Shown here in pieces: positions 40,863 through 43,861 of a stretch of 43,861 nt of DNA. Position 1 is the stretch's first letter, and every line of letters begins with the position of its first letter. Source of the DNA: Flavobacterium sp. (GTDB taxonomy: Bacteria; Bacteroidota; Bacteroidia; Flavobacteriales; Flavobacteriaceae); assembly GCF_043720215.1 (NCBI RefSeq), contig NZ_JAYSSZ010000060.1:1-43861 (forward strand), read 5' to 3'. The notes under the pieces are model-generated. The model did not search any database, was not told the origin of the DNA, and was given only the letters and a program-made list of their open reading frames with translations. The position numbers were made by a program, and so were the translations under genes.

Positions 40863-40988
40863 ATAGCCCAGATTACTTCACTACGCTTTTATTTTAATAG
40901 GAGTTCAGTGAACGTTGTTTGAGACGAAAATCCTTTATTTTTTTCCTTTAAAAAAATAAAGATTGTAGTGTAAAGCTGTAAAAGCTCC
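40863..40988 (+). ncRNA. Degenerate Flavo-1-like structured repeat in the CYTH 5' leader
   Basis: ATAGCCCAGATT...GAAAATCCTTT-[hairpin CTTTATTTTTT/AAAAAATAAAG]-ATTGTAGTGTAAAGCTG..AAAGCTCC, downstream of -7 box TATCTTTG (40842-40849). Family assignment is from recall. Confidence 0.5.
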
Positions 40989-40993
40989 AAAAA

Positions 40994-41461
40994 ATGATAG
41001 AAATAGAACGTAAATTTTTAGTTTTAAATAACGATTTTATTGCTTTGGCTGTTGCCAAAAACAGAATTGTACAAGGTTACTTGAATTCTAATCCGGAGCG
41101 AACTGTTCGAATAAGAACTAAGGGAAGCAAAGGTTTTTTGACTATAAAAGGCAAAGGAAACGACTCTGGAACAACTCGATTAGAATGGGAAACCGAAATT
41201 CCATTAGCAGAAGCCGAAAAGTTATTGTCTATTTGCGAAAATGGAGTGATTGACAAAATACGATATGAAATCCCATCTGGAAAACACACCTATGAAGTCG
41301 ATGTTTTTGCTGGCGAAAACAACGGATTAATTATCGCCGAAATAGAACTCAACGACGAAAATGAATCTTTCGTAAAACCGAATTGGCTAGGACAAGAAGT
41401 TACAGGCGACATTAGATATTACAATGGGTATTTGAGTAATAATAATTTTGGTAGTTGGTAA
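40994..41461 (+). CDS. CYTH domain protein (triphosphate tunnel metalloenzyme)
   Basis: 155 aa; EIERKFL (ExExK), QGYL, TVRIR, LTIKG, KIRY, AEIEL, WLG.EVT.D.RYYN. Confidence 0.93.
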   Translation: MIEIERKFLVLNNDFIALAVAKNRIVQGYLNSNPERTVRIRTKGSKGFLTIKGKGNDSGTTRLEWETEIPLAEAEKLLSICENGVIDKIRYEIPSGKHTYEVDVFAGENNGLIIAEIELNDENESFVKPNWLGQEVTGDIRYYNGYLSNNNFGSW

Positions 41462-41463
41462 AA

Positions 41464-43332
41464 TTATTTCTTCACAAAAACATTATTCTCTCTATTCACA
41501 TCAGCCATTAATCCGCTTGGATCAATTGTTATGTTTTTTATTGGAGATCTTGCATTAATAGTAAAATCGAATGTTGGATAGGCCCAATCCCAACCGTCTA
41601 GGACAGTTCTTTTTATGGCTAAATTTTGGTTTTCTTTTGTCCAACGCATTAACGTTTGTGGGATATAAAAACTCTCTTGACTTCCGTCTTCATAAGTAAC
41701 TAAAATATCGAGAGGCATAGGCATTCTTCCAATTCTATCGAGTTTTATTTTGGTGTTTTCTCCGGCACCTTCTACCGATTTGATTCCGTAATCAATAGTA
41801 TTTGTAGTTTTTGTCCAGTCACTTAAATACCAATCTAAATTTGCTCCCGATACTTTTTCGGCAGTATGTTTAATGTCATTTGGTGTAGGATGTGTAAATT
41901 TATAATCAGCATAATAACGTTTTAGCGTTTTCATAAAATTTTCTTTTCCAATCAAATATTCTAATTGAGATAAGAAAATATTTCCTTTGCTATAGGCCTG
42001 AATACCATACGGACGGTTTTCGTCATAACGATCAGAATGTGTTGTTTGCGGCTGTTCTTTACCAGACTTTACCAATGCGTAATAACCAGCATAAGAATCG
42101 GCGTGAGGATTGTCAACTTTTTTATCAGCAATTTCATTCAAACCATAATTTTCTAACCAAGTCGTAAAACCTTCATCCATCCAACTGTTTTTACTTTCGT
42201 TTGATGCTAATACATGCTGAAACCAAGAATGAGCCATCTCGTGAGCCGTTACTCCTAATAAACCATCAAAAGTTCCTTCGCCAAGAATTAAGGTACACAT
42301 CGCATATTCCATTCCACCATCGCCTCCTTGAATAACAGAATATTGCTCGTAAGGATATTTACCAACTGTTTTGTTGTAAATCTCCATCAGCTGCGCTGTT
42401 TTAGGTTGCAAATTCTTCCAGTTTTCGATAATTTTTGGATTATTCTTGTATAAGAAATGTAATGTGGTTCCAAAATTTGTAACTAATTTATCATGAATAT
42501 AATTCTTGTCGGCTGCCCAAGTAAAGTCATGCACATTTGGTGCCATAAAATGCCACGTCAACGTTTTTTGTTTCTTCGGAAGTTTTACAATAGTTCCGGC
42601 ATCTTGATAATTATATCCTATTTGATTACCGTTTTGCAAATAACCAGAACCTCCTAAAATATAATTTTTATCGATAGTGATATTTACATCAAAATTTCCC
42701 CAAACTCCATGAAATTCTCTTGCAATATAAGGATCAGCTTGCCAACCTTCATAATCATATTCGGCCATTTTTGGGTACCATTGCGACATCGATAACTCCA
42801 CTCCTTCTTTGTTATTTCTTCCCGAACGACGAATTTGTATAGGAACTTGTCCGTCAAAATCTAATGAAAAAGTTGTTGAAGAGTGAGGCAATAATGGTTT
42901 AGCCAAATCTACTTCAAGAATTGTACTGACTACTTTATTTTTGCAATCCAATCCATCTTGTTTTAAATTGGAAATTTTCAGAAACCCTATCTCATTAGAC
43001 TTCAAAGCTGCAATTCTACTTTCTTTTACTTCTTTGTCTCCCACTTTTACTTTGGTTACCATTCTTCCATCAGGATCTTTAATCGATTTTAGTCGAGCAT
43101 CCATACAACTATTGGGCTGAAAAGCGTTGTTGAACAAATGATAATATACTCGATGTAAAGTGTCTGGAGAATTATTAGTATAAACCAAAGTTTGTTTTCC
43201 TTTGTATTGATATGTCTTTACATCCATCGAAACATCCATTTTATACTCAACATGTTGTTGCCAATATCCTGGATTTGGATTATTTTGAGCAATCATTTGA
43301 AAAAAACAGAGTAAAAAAAATACTTTTAACAT
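41464..43332 (-). CDS. M1 family zinc aminopeptidase
   Basis: 622 aa; signal peptide, YWQQ, GGMEY, HEMAH..x18..E (WMDEG), AYSKG. Confidence 0.93.
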   Translation of the reverse strand: MLKVFFLLCFFQMIAQNNPNPGYWQQHVEYKMDVSMDVKTYQYKGKQTLVYTNNSPDTLHRVYYHLFNNAFQPNSCMDARLKSIKDPDGRMVTKVKVGDKEVKESRIAALKSNEIGFLKISNLKQDGLDCKNKVVSTILEVDLAKPLLPHSSTTFSLDFDGQVPIQIRRSGRNNKEGVELSMSQWYPKMAEYDYEGWQADPYIAREFHGVWGNFDVNITIDKNYILGGSGYLQNGNQIGYNYQDAGTIVKLPKKQKTLTWHFMAPNVHDFTWAADKNYIHDKLVTNFGTTLHFLYKNNPKIIENWKNLQPKTAQLMEIYNKTVGKYPYEQYSVIQGGDGGMEYAMCTLILGEGTFDGLLGVTAHEMAHSWFQHVLASNESKNSWMDEGFTTWLENYGLNEIADKKVDNPHADSYAGYYALVKSGKEQPQTTHSDRYDENRPYGIQAYSKGNIFLSQLEYLIGKENFMKTLKRYYADYKFTHPTPNDIKHTAEKVSGANLDWYLSDWTKTTNTIDYGIKSVEGAGENTKIKLDRIGRMPMPLDILVTYEDGSQESFYIPQTLMRWTKENQNLAIKRTVLDGWDWAYPTFDFTINARSPIKNITIDPSGLMADVNRENNVFVKK

Positions 43333-43373
43333 AAATTATTTATATTTGGCAGATAACAATTAAATATTTACTT

Positions 43374-43523
43374 ATAAAATCTAAATTAGAAAAATTTGCA
43401 ACGAAAGAGTTAACTAGAAAACAATTAATGACTGTTTCTGGTGGTGATCAAGGAATTAGAGTTGGTGTTGGTTCAACATGTGATCCTGATTCCAATGGAA
43501 TGAGAATTATAATTGTTTACTAA
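43374..43523 (+). other. Double-glycine-leader peptide ORF with ATA in place of ATG (non-canonical start or recent pseudogene)
   Basis: (I/M)KSKLEKFATKELTRKQLMTVSGG-DQGIRVGVGSTCDPDSNGMRIIIVY*; -7 box TATATTTG at 43341-43348; terminator at 43543-43577. Confidence 0.7.
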
Positions 43524-43542
43524 ACATTTATAATTCTCATTT

Positions 43543-43577
43543 AACGGCTAATTAAAATATTAATTAGCCGTTTTTTT
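43543..43577 (+). terminator. Plus-strand terminator overlapping the S8 stop codon
   Basis: AACGGCTAATTAA-aata-TTAATTAGCCGTT then a T run on the plus strand only. Confidence 0.75.
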
Positions 43578-43861
43578 ATTGTTTCTTTCTGCTAAAACCA
43601 AGGCATTATAAGCATTTACTATCTTTCCTGATCTGGAAAGATTTGAAAAATTCAGTTCTTCTTTCTTTTTTCCTACAGTTACCATTTTTGAAATCGGTGT
43701 TCCAGAATCCATAATAATATGTTTTACTTGCGAAGCCGTTAAACTTGGATAATATGCACGAACTAATGCCGCAACTCCTGCTACATTAGGTGATGCCATA
43801 GATGTTCCTTCTAAATAGGAGTAGGTGTTATTAGGTGTTGTCGCATAGATTTTTACACCTG
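43560..43861 (-). CDS. S8 (subtilisin) family serine peptidase, C-terminal part; gene starts beyond the window
   Basis: Frame is open to the window edge: GVKIYATTPNNTYSYLEGTSMASPNVAGVAAL (catalytic Ser motif GTSMA). Confidence 0.93.
   Translation of the reverse strand, partial: GVKIYATTPNNTYSYLEGTSMASPNVAGVAALVRAYYPSLTASQVKHIIMDSGTPISKMVTVGKKKEELNFSNLSRSGKIVNAYNALVLAERNNKKTAN

Noticed and set aside
43560-43799. 79-aa ORF as a stand-alone gene
   Set aside because: It is the C-terminus of an S8 peptidase whose frame runs off the window edge.
41464-43861. S8 and M1 peptidases as dedicated processing enzymes for the double-glycine peptide
   Set aside because: They are on the opposite strand and look like a pre-existing gene pair; GG leaders are normally cut by C39 domains, and none is in the window.

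Overview
AT-rich bacterial chromosomal window, almost certainly Flavobacteriaceae (probably Flavobacterium), judged from porZ-recO linkage, T9SS cargo, a GldH-like lipoprotein, split atpD-atpC and TAnnTTTG promoter boxes. It is mostly housekeeping: recO, porZ, gdhA, bioF-bioD-bioA plus a FabF-like ketosynthase, atpDC, an SGNH lipase/TonB-dependent receptor pair, glmS-DUF4270-glgA-like, panCD, radA, a GT51 transglycosylase, dinB, CYTH, and M1 and S8 peptidases. I saw no rRNA, tRNA, CRISPR array or transposase. Best leads: (1) a TPR-LytS/LytTR pair divergent from an apparently uncharacterised envelope operon (QW-repeat alpha/alpha-toroid protein, MIDAS vWA lipoprotein, DUF4139 protein with a TonB-box-like insert) with 21-bp-spaced LytTR-type direct repeats in its promoter; (2) a CHH-type ketosynthase in a bio operon with no known pimelate-supplying gene in view; (3) an unannotated double-glycine-leader peptide ORF with its own promoter and terminator but an ATA start; (4) a 1.5-kb cassette bracketed by a duplicated atpC terminator; (5) many small palindromic or REP-like elements, two apparently inside bioD and bioF. 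All calls come from motif recognition by eye; no searches were run.
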